From Candidatus Tectimicrobiota bacterium (lineage in GTDB: Bacteria; JACPUC01): a stretch of DNA of 64,000 bases. Below the pieces are notes generated by a model. That model was not told the DNA's origin. It made no database searches and saw nothing but the letters and a program-made list of their open reading frames with translations. The stretch spans positions 248,001 to 312,000 of the forward strand of contig JACPUC010000003.1 of assembly GCA_016192455.1 (NCBI GenBank), read 5' to 3'. Both the position numbers and the translations under genes were made by a program. Below are positions 1 to 10,125 of the stretch, one piece after another. The stretch's first letter is position 1. Each line of letters starts with the position of its first letter.

Positions 1-2
1 TG

Positions 3-386
3 CTGCGCGGCGACAAGATTACCGCCAGCCCCCAGGCGGGGGTCTACTACTACGGCAAGAATTACCTCACCAAGCGGGACGCCGGCAAGCGCATGATGGT
101 GGCCCTCATCAAGGCGCACCGCGCCCTTGACGGCGACACCCACATGACGGAACCGCGCATCACCGCCGCGATCGGCAAGTGGACGAGCCTCCCCCCCAAG
201 ATCATCACCAGCACCCGGGGCTACCATTTCGACGTCAACGGCAAGCTCTGGGAGGAGGGCCTCGCCGACATGCAGCGCTATCATGTAGGGCGCGGGTATA
301 CGAAGTACAAGGAGCCGCTGCCGCTCTCCCAAATGTACGACCCTGAGTTCCTCGAGGCCGCCTTGGCCAAGCTGGGCCGCAAGTGA
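3..386 (+). CDS. ABC transporter substrate-binding protein (NitT/TauT type), 5'-truncated by window edge
   Basis: Open frame from window start; C-terminus ...MYDPEFLEAALAKLG typical of SsuA/THI5-like SBPs; directly upstream of ATPase and permease. Confidence 0.75.
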   Translation: MRGDKITASPQAGVYYYGKNYLTKRDAGKRMMVALIKAHRALDGDTHMTEPRITAAIGKWTSLPPKIITSTRGYHFDVNGKLWEEGLADMQRYHVGRGYTKYKEPLPLSQMYDPEFLEAALAKLGRK

Positions 387-426
387 GCCGGCCCCCCTCG
401 CCGCGGCGCCAACTTTCGGGAGCATC

Positions 427-1218
427 GTGCAGGCAAAGATCAGCGCTCGTCAGATCACCAAACGCTACCCCGTGAAGGGCCAGGAGTTCACCGCCCTGGA
501 CCGCTTCGATCTCGAGGTGGGCGAGGGGGAGTTCGTCTGCATCGTCGGTCCCAGCGGCTGCGGCAAGAGCACCTTTCTGCGCATCCTTGCCGGCCTCTAC
601 GAGCCGACCGCCGGCGAGTTGATCATCCGCCGCTCGTCGGGGCTCAACGGCGGCGCCCCCAAGCCACTCAACTCGATGATCTTCCAGGAGTACGCCATCT
701 TCCCGTGGCGCACGGTCCTGGACAACGTCATGTTCGGGCTGGAGATGCGCAACGTGGCGCGCCGCGAGCGGCGGGCCATCGCCAATGCCTACCTCGAAAA
801 GGTGGGGCTTCGGCGCTACAAGGATCGCTACCCCTACCAGCTCTCCGGCGGCATGAAGCAGCGCGTCAGCATCGCGCGGGCCTTTGCCAACGACCCCGAA
901 ATCCTCCTCATGGATGAGCCGTTCGGCGCCCTCGACGAGCAGACCAAGACCCTGCTGCAGCAAGAGCTCCTGCGCATGTGGGAAGAGGACCGGAAGACCG
1001 TCGTCTACATCACCCACAGCATCGAGGAGGCCATCCTGTTGGGCGACCGCGTGGCCGTCATGACCGCGCAACCCGGTCGGAACAAGCACCAACTGCGCGT
1101 CGAGCTGCCGCGGCCGCGCGACCCAAAGATCAAGACCACGGTGCGGTTCACGGAGCTCTGCTACGAGGTGTGGCAGGGGCTGGAGTCCGAGGTGGTCAAG
1201 AGCATGGAGACTGACTGA
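427..1218 (+). CDS. ABC transporter ATP-binding protein (NitT/TauT family)
   Basis: Walker A GPSGCGKST, signature LSGGMKQR, Walker B LLMDEPF. Confidence 0.95.
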   Translation: MQAKISARQITKRYPVKGQEFTALDRFDLEVGEGEFVCIVGPSGCGKSTFLRILAGLYEPTAGELIIRRSSGLNGGAPKPLNSMIFQEYAIFPWRTVLDNVMFGLEMRNVARRERRAIANAYLEKVGLRRYKDRYPYQLSGGMKQRVSIARAFANDPEILLMDEPFGALDEQTKTLLQQELLRMWEEDRKTVVYITHSIEEAILLGDRVAVMTAQPGRNKHQLRVELPRPRDPKIKTTVRFTELCYEVWQGLESEVVKSMETD

Positions 1219-2075
1219 TGGCGGTCCAGATGAGGCGCGAGCAGCCCAGCGCGGCGCTGGCTGACGAGGTGGTGATCCGGGGGTCCGGGCGCCCCTTGAA
1301 GCAATCGACCCTGCGTTACAAGCTGCTGAGCATCTTCTCGCCCATCACCGTGCTGATCTTGTGGGAAATCATGGTGCGGCTGGGGCTGCTCGACTACCGC
1401 TTCTTCCCGGCGCCGACGATGGTGAGCCTGTCGCTCGCCGAGCTGCTGATGAGCGGCGAGCTGACCGAGCACATCCTGGCCAGCCTTGGGCGGGTCATCG
1501 CCGGCTTCCTCCTCGGCTCCATCCCCGGCATCGTCATCGGCATGCTGATGGGCTGGTCGCGCACCTGCCGCGCCATCTTCGATCCCATCGTCTCCGCCAC
1601 CTTCCCGATGCCGAAGATCGCCTTGTTGCCGCTCGTGCTCCTCATCTTCGGCATCGGCGAGTTCTCGAAGATCATCCTCATCGCCATCGGGGCGTTCTTC
1701 CTGGTCACCATCAACAGCATGGCGGGAGTGATGAACATCGATCCGGTTCTGGTGGAAGCCGCCCATAACTTCGGCGCCCGCGGCGCGCGCATGTTCCGCA
1801 AGGTGGTGCTGCCCAGCACCTTGCCCTACATCTTTACGGGCCTGCGGCTCTCCCTCGGCGTCTCCCTTATCATCATCGTGGCCACCGAATTTGTCGCCGC
1901 CAATAAAGGCATTGGGTTCCTCATCTGGATTTCCTGGCAATCGCTGGTCACCGAAAAGATGTACGCCGGCCTGATCGTCATTGCCGTTCTCGGCCTGCTC
2001 TTCACCTACGGCCTCGAGAAGCTCGGCCGCATGCTCATGCCCTGGGGCCGCGATATCACCGAGAAGACGCGCTAG
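1218..2075 (+). CDS. ABC transporter permease (NitT/TauT family)
   Basis: Multiple TM segments, EAA loop (EAAHNFGA); overlaps ATPase stop (TGATG). Confidence 0.93.
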   Translation: MAVQMRREQPSAALADEVVIRGSGRPLKQSTLRYKLLSIFSPITVLILWEIMVRLGLLDYRFFPAPTMVSLSLAELLMSGELTEHILASLGRVIAGFLLGSIPGIVIGMLMGWSRTCRAIFDPIVSATFPMPKIALLPLVLLIFGIGEFSKIILIAIGAFFLVTINSMAGVMNIDPVLVEAAHNFGARGARMFRKVVLPSTLPYIFTGLRLSLGVSLIIIVATEFVAANKGIGFLIWISWQSLVTEKMYAGLIVIAVLGLLFTYGLEKLGRMLMPWGRDITEKTR

Positions 2076-2163
2076 CGCGCAGGCCGTTCCATCGCCTTGC
2101 GGAGCCAGCCGCCGCGCTTCCTCACACCTCGCTCAGGTTGTCACAACGCCCACCCAAGATTGC

Positions 2164-2239
2164 GCGGGGGTGGCTCAGTCCATAGAGCAGGGGACTGAAA
2201 ATTCCCGTGGCGGCGGTTCAATTCCCTCCCCGGGCGCCA
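2164..2239 (+). pseudogene. Degenerate tRNA-Phe(GAA)
   Basis: Cloverleaf with GGGGA-CTGAAAA-TTCCC anticodon arm, GGTTCAATTCC T-arm and CCA end, but two G-G mismatches in acceptor stem, a C-C in the T-stem and D-loop GG replaced by CA. Confidence 0.7.
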
Positions 2240-2525
2240 CCTTGATCGCTTTCTACTCAACCAGTTCACGCTGTTGCTCGATTTCCCACCAATTCCCGCA
2301 CCGCCCGATAGACCTACCGTATCTGCTCCTCCGGCCTGCAAAAAAGAACCCCTACGTGGTTGATTTCATGTGATGATGAGGCTGCCTGGCCCGTCCTGCG
2401 CTCTCTGCGCTCTCCGCGCCTCCGCGGTTACATGGATTGCACCGCGGAGACGCAGAGGACGCGGAGAAGGTAGGGGAAGGAACCAGCGCTCGACGGGGAT
2501 GCACACCGACATCCGCATGCCTCCG

Positions 2526-2587
2526 CGTTCATCCGTGGTTCCTTGCATGCCGCTGGCGGGGGCGGGTCGCGAACCGCCCCTACGGTC
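2526..2587. repeat. Composite repeat: 9-mer TTCATCCGTGGTT unit plus GTAG-type REP palindrome
   Basis: Closely similar copy at ~48544-48604; REP core GGCGG(T/G)TCGCGAACCGCCCCTAC. Confidence 0.75.
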
Positions 2588-2928
2588 GGGGATCATCCAC
2601 GGTTCTCTTCCTCGACAGACCGTCGCGTACCAAGGAACGGTCGGCGTCATTCCGGAACCGGGACCGCCAAGCCTCCCCCATTTTCATCCCTTCGCGGGCG
2701 GCGCACCCATGGGGGTCTGCGTGGAAAACAGGCGTGTAGGTGAGTATTGTCATTGCCTTGAGGGCGGGCCGAAGGAGCATGGGTACCTTTGGCATTAACT
2801 TCCCTTTTTTCTAGCCTCTACGGCGCGGACTGTATAAAGTAAGCATAGAGGCTCCATGTTTAGTAACAATCGTTGACAGAGGATGACGACGGGCCAAGTC
2901 CGCATCCTGCGTCCGCAAAAGGTTCCCC

Positions 2929-5900
2929 ATGGGCAGGTCCAGGATTTACGCGCTCTCGCTTCTTACCTTTGCTCTTGCCCTGGCGTTGGGAGGCGGCGTC
3001 ATCTTCTTGATCGAGGGTTACAGATCCGACAGCCTGCTCACCCTAGCGACCGCTTTCGGGGGGCACATTGGAGAACACATCGAGGAGCGTCTGGCCCCCC
3101 TATCTTCCGCGAGCCAAACCCTCGCTGAGTTTCTTGGCGCGTCCGGGGGCCAGATCACCAAGCAAGAATTCGACGCCCTGGCCCAAGGCATTCTTGAGAG
3201 ACACAGAGTGATCGAGACCGTGCGGTTGGCTCCCAATGGAGTGGTGCGATACATCCACCCCCTGGGAGGTAACGAGGCCGCGCTGGGTCACGATCTCCGC
3301 AAGGAGCCGCATCTCCGCGCCGAGGCGGAGCTGGCGATACGATCGCGGGCGGTGACCCTTGCGGGACCGTTCATGGTGAGGCAGGACGGCGCGGCGGTCA
3401 TCCTGCTCCTGCCGCTGTTCTTCCCCGACGCCGCGGGCGGGGATCGATTCTGGGGCTTTGCGGCCGTCGTGGTGCGCCTGTCGCGCCTGGTGGACGAGGA
3501 TGACCTCCGCGCCATTCAGAAACAAGGCTTCAACTACGCGCTCTGGCGGCTGCGTCCCGATACCCAGGAGCGACAGACCTTCGCCCGCTCGGCGGTGCTT
3601 GATCTCCCGCCGTTCGTAACCCTCTCCATCAAAGTCCCGAATGCAACCTGGACGGTGGCCGTTGCCCCGCGTCACAACTGGTGGGCACGGAGACGTTGGG
3701 CGCTCCTTTCGGAAGCCGCCGGGGCCGCGGCCTTCAGCTCCCTCCTCACACTTGCTCTCTATATGCTTCTCATCCGCGCCACCGAGCGGGGCCAGGCTCG
3801 GGAGCATCTCCAGAAGGCGTACCGCGATCTCACGGAAGCCGAAGCGAAGTACCGTGATCTCTACGACAACGCGCCCGACCTGTACGTGTCGATCGATCGC
3901 GCCGCCACGATCCTGAGCTGCAACCAGACCTTTGCCGATGCCCTGGGCTACCGCAAGGAAGAGCTGATCGGCGCCTCCTACCTCGACCTCGTGGTTGCCG
4001 AGGAGCGAGAGGAGTGCCGGACGAACATAGAAGGCTCCAAGCTGGTAGGTCAGCAAGGGAGGTTTCGTCGCGCCTTCAGGCGCCGCGATGGCTCGCGCTT
4101 CGTGGCGGAGGTCAGCGCCCGAACCCTACCCAATGCCGCCGGCGAGGTTGTCCGCACGGATGTCCTGCTGCGCGACATCGGGGCTCGCCTGCGCGTGGAG
4201 GCGGAGGCTGACCTCCTGCATGGCATCACCAGGGACCTCGCCGCCTGCGAGGATTTCCGCGCCGCGTTGCGGGTGGCGGTGTCGCGCATCTGCAAAGCCA
4301 CCGGCTGGGACTACGGGGCGGCTTGGGCGCCGGACCGAGACGGGCAGCTCCTGGAACGTGAAGCCTTCTATTGTTGCGGGGACGACGCCACCGAAGAGTT
4401 TGCGCGGCAAAGTGGCGCGTTCAAGTTTTCCTGCGGCGCCGGCCTCCCCGGCAGGGTATGGGCTTCAAGGCGGCCTGAGTGGATCGCCGATGTCGCGCAG
4501 CTCAACGAGGCGGACTTCCCACGGAGAACGCTGGCAGAGAACGCCGGCCTGAAGGGGGCCTTCGCCGCTCCGGTCGGAACCGATGACCAGTTCCTTGCCG
4601 TGCTCGTTTTCTTCTCCCAGAAGATCCAAGCCGAAGACCAGTGGTTGCTCGCCATGGTCTCCGCGGTTACCGCGCAGGTGGCCTCGGCCTTGCGGCAGAA
4701 GCAGGCCGAGGCGGAACGCGCGCGCCTGGCCACCGCCGTGGAGCAGAGCGCCGACAGCATCTTCATCACCGACGCCGAGAGGAACATCCAGTACGTCAAT
4801 CCGGCGTTCGAGCGCACCACCGGCTACACCAGTCAGGAAGCGCTCGGCCAGCACCCGCGCCTCCTGAAGAGCGGCCTGCACGACGATACCTTCTACGAAC
4901 ACCTGTGGAAGACCGCCTCGCTGGGCAGGGTGTGGAAGGGTCGCATCGCCAACAGGAACAAAGACGGTTCCATCGTTACCGTCGATGCGGTGATCTCGCC
5001 GGTGTTCGATGCTTCCGGCCGGGTCGTCAACTTCGTCTATGTCCTGCGCGACATCAGCGACCGCGTGCGCGTGGAAGCGGAAGCCGACCTCCTGCACGGC
5101 ATCACCAGGGACCTCGCCGCCTGCGAGGATTTTCGCGCCGCATTGCAGGTGGCGCTGTCGCGCATCTGTCAAGCCACCGGCTGGGACTACGGGTCAGCAT
5201 GGGTGCCCAACCGAGAGGGGAAGTTCCTGGAACGCGAAACCTTCTATTGCCGCAGGGACGATATCGCCGAAGAGTTTGTGCGGCACGGTGGAACATTGAA
5301 GTTTGCCATCGGGGAAGATCTCCTCGGACGGGTGTGGGCTTCGGGGCGGCCTGAGTGGATTGCCGAAGTTGCGCAGCTCAACGAGGCGGACTTCCCGCAC
5401 ATAGCTTTTGCACGCCAATCCGGCCTGAAGGGGGCCTTCGCCGTTCCGGTCGGCGCCGATGACAAGTGCCTCGCCGTTCTCATTTTCTTCTCCCTGAAGA
5501 CCCAAGCAGAAGACCAGTGGCTGCTGGCCATGGTGTCCGCGGTTGCCGCGCAGGCGGCCTCGGCCTTGCGGCAGAAGCAGGCCGAGGCGGAACGCGCGCG
5601 CCTGGCCATCGCCGTGGAGCAGAGCGCCGACAGCATCTTCATCACCGACGCCGGCGGCACCATCCAGTACGTCAATCCGGCGTTCGAGCGCATCACCGGC
5701 TACACCAGTCAGGAAGCGCTCGGCCGGCAGCCGCGTTTCCTCAGGGGTGACCAACAGGAGGAGGCCCCCTACAAGCGGGCCTGGAGAGCTATCTTGCATG
5801 GCAAGGTGTGGAGCGGTCGCCTCACCAGGAAGTACAAGAACGGCAAACTCGCTACGGTGGATGCGGTGGTCTCGCCGGTGTTCGATGCCTCGGACAGGAT

Positions 5901-7191
5901 CGTCAACTTCGTGCATGTCGCGCGCGACATCACGCACCAACTGGCCCTCGAGGGTCAGCTCCGCCATGCCGAGCGGCTCTCCAGCCTCGGCACCCTGGCC
6001 GCCGGAGCGGCGCACGAGATTCTCAACCCGGCGAACATCATCGGCTTGCACAGCCAAGGCTTGTTGGCGAGGAGCGACACCCCGGAACCGCTGCGCAGGG
6101 TCTGCGCCATCATCCTTGATCAGATACGGCGGATCAGCCTGATCTGTGACTCCCTGCGGCGCTTCTCGCGCGCCGGCGGTGGCGGGCGCGAAGTGGTCAG
6201 CCTCAATGGGCTGATCGAGGAGACGTTGCAGCTCCTCGGGCCGGAGCTGCGACATTTCAGTATCGAGGTGGTTCTCCACCTTGACCCCCAGCTCCCCGAT
6301 CTCCTTGCCAACCGCGACGAGCTGGCCCAGGTGATCCTCAACCTCTGCACCAACGCCAGGGATGCCATGCCGGACGGAGGGCGTCTCGATATCCATACCG
6401 AAACCTTCCAGCAAAACGAGGCGCCCTGGGCTCGGCTGGTGGTGAAAGACAGCGGCATCGGCATGCCGGAGGAGGTGGTCGGGCGTATTTTTGATCCCTT
6501 CTTCACCACCAAGCCGACTGACAAGGGGACCGGCCTGGGGCTCTCCGTAGTCCACGGCATCATCGAGAGCCATGGCGGCGGCATCAAAGTGGCCAGCGAG
6601 CCCGGCGCCGGCAGCGCCTTCACGGTCGAGCTGCCGCAGGCCGCGCCGCGCGAGGAGTCCCCCGACGACTCCAGGCGGCGGCAGATGAGGGAGTTTCTTC
6701 GCACCATCGTGGTGCTGCGGGAGGAAGGGGTTCGGTTCTACGCGGATATCTCGCAAGGGGCCGGCATCGAGGGCGACGTGCTGGACTGCTTGACGGCGTT
6801 GCAGGATGGGGTGCTGCAGCAGGTCCGTCTGTTGCAGAGGGTGCTGCGCCTGGTTGAGGTCGTGCCGGAGAGCTTTGAGGACGCCGAGTTCTGGCTGCCC
6901 CGCGCTGTCGTGGACGACTGCCTTGAGACCGTGGCCATGGCGATGCGAAAGGTTCGGGAAGGAGGTCTGCCGCTGGAAGAGAGACTGCGGCTCGCCGTCA
7001 ACGTCGAGAAAGAGGGGGCGGCCCTTCTCTCCATGGTGGCGGCCCTGGTGACGGATGCCATGCCGGAAACGCAGCGCGATCTGGATGAGGCACGGAGCTT
7101 GCACCTCACGCGTCTGCTGCAAGCGCTGCGGTGTGGCCTGGGCGAGGAAGCGGCGCGCGGCCTGATGCAGCAGTTCGCTGAAAGCGGTTGA
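2929..7191 (+). CDS. Membrane sensor histidine kinase: CHASE-PAS-(GAF-PAS)x2-HisKA-HATPase plus C-terminal helical domain
   Basis: Two TMs flanking CHASE-like region (LAGPFMVRQ), PAS motifs (YVNPAFE), H-box AHEILNP, N-box NARDAM, F/G boxes FDPFFTTK..GTGLGL. Confidence 0.92.
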   Translation: MGRSRIYALSLLTFALALALGGGVIFLIEGYRSDSLLTLATAFGGHIGEHIEERLAPLSSASQTLAEFLGASGGQITKQEFDALAQGILERHRVIETVRLAPNGVVRYIHPLGGNEAALGHDLRKEPHLRAEAELAIRSRAVTLAGPFMVRQDGAAVILLLPLFFPDAAGGDRFWGFAAVVVRLSRLVDEDDLRAIQKQGFNYALWRLRPDTQERQTFARSAVLDLPPFVTLSIKVPNATWTVAVAPRHNWWARRRWALLSEAAGAAAFSSLLTLALYMLLIRATERGQAREHLQKAYRDLTEAEAKYRDLYDNAPDLYVSIDRAATILSCNQTFADALGYRKEELIGASYLDLVVAEEREECRTNIEGSKLVGQQGRFRRAFRRRDGSRFVAEVSARTLPNAAGEVVRTDVLLRDIGARLRVEAEADLLHGITRDLAACEDFRAALRVAVSRICKATGWDYGAAWAPDRDGQLLEREAFYCCGDDATEEFARQSGAFKFSCGAGLPGRVWASRRPEWIADVAQLNEADFPRRTLAENAGLKGAFAAPVGTDDQFLAVLVFFSQKIQAEDQWLLAMVSAVTAQVASALRQKQAEAERARLATAVEQSADSIFITDAERNIQYVNPAFERTTGYTSQEALGQHPRLLKSGLHDDTFYEHLWKTASLGRVWKGRIANRNKDGSIVTVDAVISPVFDASGRVVNFVYVLRDISDRVRVEAEADLLHGITRDLAACEDFRAALQVALSRICQATGWDYGSAWVPNREGKFLERETFYCRRDDIAEEFVRHGGTLKFAIGEDLLGRVWASGRPEWIAEVAQLNEADFPHIAFARQSGLKGAFAVPVGADDKCLAVLIFFSLKTQAEDQWLLAMVSAVAAQAASALRQKQAEAERARLAIAVEQSADSIFITDAGGTIQYVNPAFERITGYTSQEALGRQPRFLRGDQQEEAPYKRAWRAILHGKVWSGRLTRKYKNGKLATVDAVVSPVFDASDRIVNFVHVARDITHQLALEGQLRHAERLSSLGTLAAGAAHEILNPANIIGLHSQGLLARSDTPEPLRRVCAIILDQIRRISLICDSLRRFSRAGGGGREVVSLNGLIEETLQLLGPELRHFSIEVVLHLDPQLPDLLANRDELAQVILNLCTNARDAMPDGGRLDIHTETFQQNEAPWARLVVKDSGIGMPEEVVGRIFDPFFTTKPTDKGTGLGLSVVHGIIESHGGGIKVASEPGAGSAFTVELPQAAPREESPDDSRRRQMREFLRTIVVLREEGVRFYADISQGAGIEGDVLDCLTALQDGVLQQVRLLQRVLRLVEVVPESFEDAEFWLPRAVVDDCLETVAMAMRKVREGGLPLEERLRLAVNVEKEGAALLSMVAALVTDAMPETQRDLDEARSLHLTRLLQALRCGLGEEAARGLMQQFAESG
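4168..5931 (+). repeat. Internal tandem duplication (876-bp period) of a GAF-PAS unit
   Basis: GACCTCCTGCA at 4210 and 5086; CGGCAGAAGCAGGCCGAG at 4693 and 5569. Confidence 0.92.
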
Positions 7192-7219
7192 CGCGGCGGC
7201 GAGGGAGGGGAGGGGAACG

Positions 7220-7597
7220 ATGGCGCGGGCGCGCGTCCTGGTCATTGATGATGAGCCTGAGGTTGGAGCTTTTCTCCAGCAACACCTGGGTGACCTTGGC
7301 TACGATGTCGAGTCCGTCCTGGTGGCGGAGGACGGGCTGGAGAAAATACGCAACGATCCGCCCGAGGTCGTGCTGCTCGACATCCGTATGCCTGGGATGG
7401 GAGGCGTCGAGACGTTGCTGAAAATCAGGGAGCTTTCCCCGAAGACCAAGGTGATCATGGTGACCGCGGTCCAGGAAGAGGAGTTGGCCAGACAGACCCT
7501 GAAGCTGGGGGCAACGGATTACATCACCAAGGCGCTTCATCTCAACTACCTTGAAACGAGCCTTCTTGCCGCGCTTCACTCGAGCGAAGTCGAGTAG
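7220..7597 (+). CDS. Single-domain response regulator (receiver)
   Basis: LVIDDE, LLDIRMPG, MVTA, GATDYITK motifs; GGAGG-type RBS. Confidence 0.95.
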   Translation: MARARVLVIDDEPEVGAFLQQHLGDLGYDVESVLVAEDGLEKIRNDPPEVVLLDIRMPGMGGVETLLKIRELSPKTKVIMVTAVQEEELARQTLKLGATDYITKALHLNYLETSLLAALHSSEVE

Positions 7598-7810
7598 GTC
7601 GGCACGTCGGTGTTCGCCCTCCTGGATTCGGCTTGCCCGTGCCGGAGCGGCGGACAGGCGCTTCAGGACCCACCACCCATCCCGCCTCCAGCCGCCGCGC
7701 GCGGGTTCTCGAACGCCGGCGCCACGTCGCGCGTTTCTCGCCCGGCCTCATCAGGATGCTCCCGCCCGCCATGCCGCCGAGAGGCGCCGGACAAGCGGTG
7801 CGCCCGGCCC

Positions 7811-8092
7811 TAGCGGTGCGTCCCATAAGGTCGCTTACCTAGTTGTGGCGTTGCTCGCTGGATTGGCAAGGAGCTTATGAGGGACCCATGCTCCCCCATA
7901 CCCCCATCCCGTAGGGGCGGTTCGCGAACCGCCCCTACAAGGCGGGGGGCGCGAGGGGACGAGGTTCCCTCGCAGACGTAAGCGCCGGGCGGGGCAAGCC
8001 CCGCCCCCCTACGATCCGCTCCTACGGAGTACGCGGAGGAGACAAGGCCCCCTGTCAGAATGAGGTGTTGGAACTTATGGGACACGATACTA
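7811..8092. mobile_element. Putative ~280-bp MITE with terminal inverted repeats, containing REP-like palindromes
   Basis: Symmetric ends TAG-N6-GTCCCATAAG-N-TC-N4-ACCT (7811-7840 and reverse complement 8063-8092); no transposase. Confidence 0.6.
7911..7938. repeat. GTAG-family REP palindrome
   Basis: Perfect 28-bp palindrome GTAGGGGCGGTTCGCGAACCGCCCCTAC. Confidence 0.85.
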
Positions 8093-9082
8093 CCGCTGGA
8101 ATGTGCGGCGGATGACGTCGCGCGCCTCCTCGGGGTCCAGGCTGTTCGCCTCGATGGTGGGGCGGGCCTGTTCGAAGACCCGGCCTTCATCCCCAAGCAG
8201 GAGGTAGCTCTTGTAGAGGTCGTCGTGCTCGATGCCCAGGGCGCGACCGACGAGCTGAATGTAGTTCTCGACTTTGAACGGGTAGGTGCGCTCCTCGGCG
8301 CAAAGCTCGCGCTGGCAGGAGTGGTAGACGGTGGCCAGCACATCCACCCCTTTCTCCCGCGCCTCCTCCAGGATGCCGCCGATCAGCTCGCGCCACTTGC
8401 CGCCGTAGGGGTCGGGCCGCTGCCCCGGCAAGCAGGACTTGCCGAGCTCCCGCCGATTCCTCACCTCCACGAGCCGCAGGCCGGGGATGGCGGCCAGAAT
8501 CTTCTTCGTGCAGGCGGCGTCGAGGTCCGATTGCGCGAAGCCGGTGTGGTGGTGCAGCGCCACCCGCAGCGGCACCTCGCGGTCGAACCGCAGCCGATGC
8601 AGGTTCTCGCTGAGGAACTGCGTCAGGTGGAGGTACAGGAAGCCGATCTCCACCGTCCCCTCGAGCACCTCCTGGAAATGGTGCGTGCAGGAGGGGCACC
8701 AGAGGAGAACCTGGCGCGCCCGGAACGAGCGCAGCTTGCCCAGGGTGCGGCTGCTGATGCTCGTGGCGATGGGCCGGTCCCCCTGGCCGTAGTGGATGAT
8801 GCCGCAGCAGTTGGCCGGCCCGCCCACGGCGGCGAAGTCCACCCCCATGCGCGTCAGCACCGCCGCCGCGGTCTGGATCAGCGCGGGGGTGCGCAGCACG
8901 TTGCAGCCGAGGTAGAGCAGGTACTCCTTCTCCTCCACCTCCTCCGGCACGCGGTCGAGCCAGGGCCGCTCCTGCTTGGGCGCCTGGAGATCGGCGAGGA
9001 GATCGATCGTGCGGAAGAACTGCCGATACGGGAACTGTGACTGCGGCTGCATGTTCTCGGGCTGCTGCGCTGGTTCGCTCAT
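8090..9082 (-). CDS. CCG-domain Fe-S protein (HdrB/HdrD/GlpC-like)
   Basis: YLGCN, NCCG, WCPSC, YHSCQR motifs; ATG at 9082 after G-rich RBS. Confidence 0.8.
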   Translation of the reverse strand: MSEPAQQPENMQPQSQFPYRQFFRTIDLLADLQAPKQERPWLDRVPEEVEEKEYLLYLGCNVLRTPALIQTAAAVLTRMGVDFAAVGGPANCCGIIHYGQGDRPIATSISSRTLGKLRSFRARQVLLWCPSCTHHFQEVLEGTVEIGFLYLHLTQFLSENLHRLRFDREVPLRVALHHHTGFAQSDLDAACTKKILAAIPGLRLVEVRNRRELGKSCLPGQRPDPYGGKWRELIGGILEEAREKGVDVLATVYHSCQRELCAEERTYPFKVENYIQLVGRALGIEHDDLYKSYLLLGDEGRVFEQARPTIEANSLDPEEARDVIRRTFQR

Positions 9083-9435
9083 GCCACCCCCCCTTTTTTC
9101 TTGAAGCATCACTCAAGCCCGGCCTGGCGCCGGGGAGCTGCGCTCGCAAAAGCCGCTTGCCCTTGCCTGGCGCCGCCACATCCCCTGCGGATGCCTCTTA
9201 TAAAGGAGAGAGCATGAACCGCGGACAAGCGGGAATCAAGCCTCAGTTTGCGCCCGAGGGTCGGCCGCGGAGGGAAAGCGCGAAGCCTGGCCGCCTTGCG
9301 CTTTCGCCGCTTCGTTGCCACAATGCGTCATTCCCCTGAGCTGCGTGGCGGCAGGCGCCGACGGTGATGCGCGCCTGCCGGGCGATAGGCATGGCGCCCA
9401 CGGACCAGATGTCCGGAGGGAGAGGCGAGAGAGCT

Positions 9436-10113
9436 ATGAACATCTGGAAACAGAGGTCCCGGCGGGGTTCGATGGGCCTCCTGGCCCTGGCGGCGGGGCT
9501 CCTGGGGGTGGCGCTTGGGGTCGCGCCGGCGGCCGCGCAATCCAGCCCGGGGCCGCAAGACCAGCGCCTGGCGCAGGTCATGGGTCATGAGCACGCTGGA
9601 ACCGCCGCGCCGTATTCGCAGGCGCAGGGGGCGTCAGGCGATCAGCCGGGCGCCGTGAAAAGAGAGCGGGCGCCCGGCGCTGGAACACCGTACCGTATGA
9701 CGATGGAAGAACTCCACAAACCGGGAGGCCTGCCCCAGGGATGGAGGTTCGCCCTCCCGGCCGGAGACCCCGAGGCGGGACGCGCGGCCTTCCTCGACCT
9801 CGGCTGCCAGCAGTGCCATCGCGTCAGCGGTGGAGGCTTGCAGGGCGCGGCCGGGGTCGGCGAGAAGCCCGGCACGGACCTCGGCGGGATGGGACGCCAC
9901 CACCCCGCCGAGTACTTCGCGGAATCGATCCTGAACCCGAACAGAGTCATCATTCAGGGGCCCGGCTATACCGGCCCCGACGGCCTGTCGATCATGCCCG
10001 ACTACGTCGATAGCATGACCGTCCGCCAGTTGATTGATATCGTTGCCTTTCTGAAGAGCCTCACGGGTGAGCGGGGGGAGGCGAGCCAGGGAGGGACGAT
10101 GCCCCACAAGTAA
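9436..10113 (+). CDS. Exported monoheme c-type cytochrome
   Basis: Signal peptide ending AAAQ, CQQCH heme motif, distal SIMPDY Met ligand. Confidence 0.85.
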   Translation: MNIWKQRSRRGSMGLLALAAGLLGVALGVAPAAAQSSPGPQDQRLAQVMGHEHAGTAAPYSQAQGASGDQPGAVKRERAPGAGTPYRMTMEELHKPGGLPQGWRFALPAGDPEAGRAAFLDLGCQQCHRVSGGGLQGAAGVGEKPGTDLGGMGRHHPAEYFAESILNPNRVIIQGPGYTGPDGLSIMPDYVDSMTVRQLIDIVAFLKSLTGERGEASQGGTMPHK

Positions 10114-10125
10114 CGAGGGGAACCC

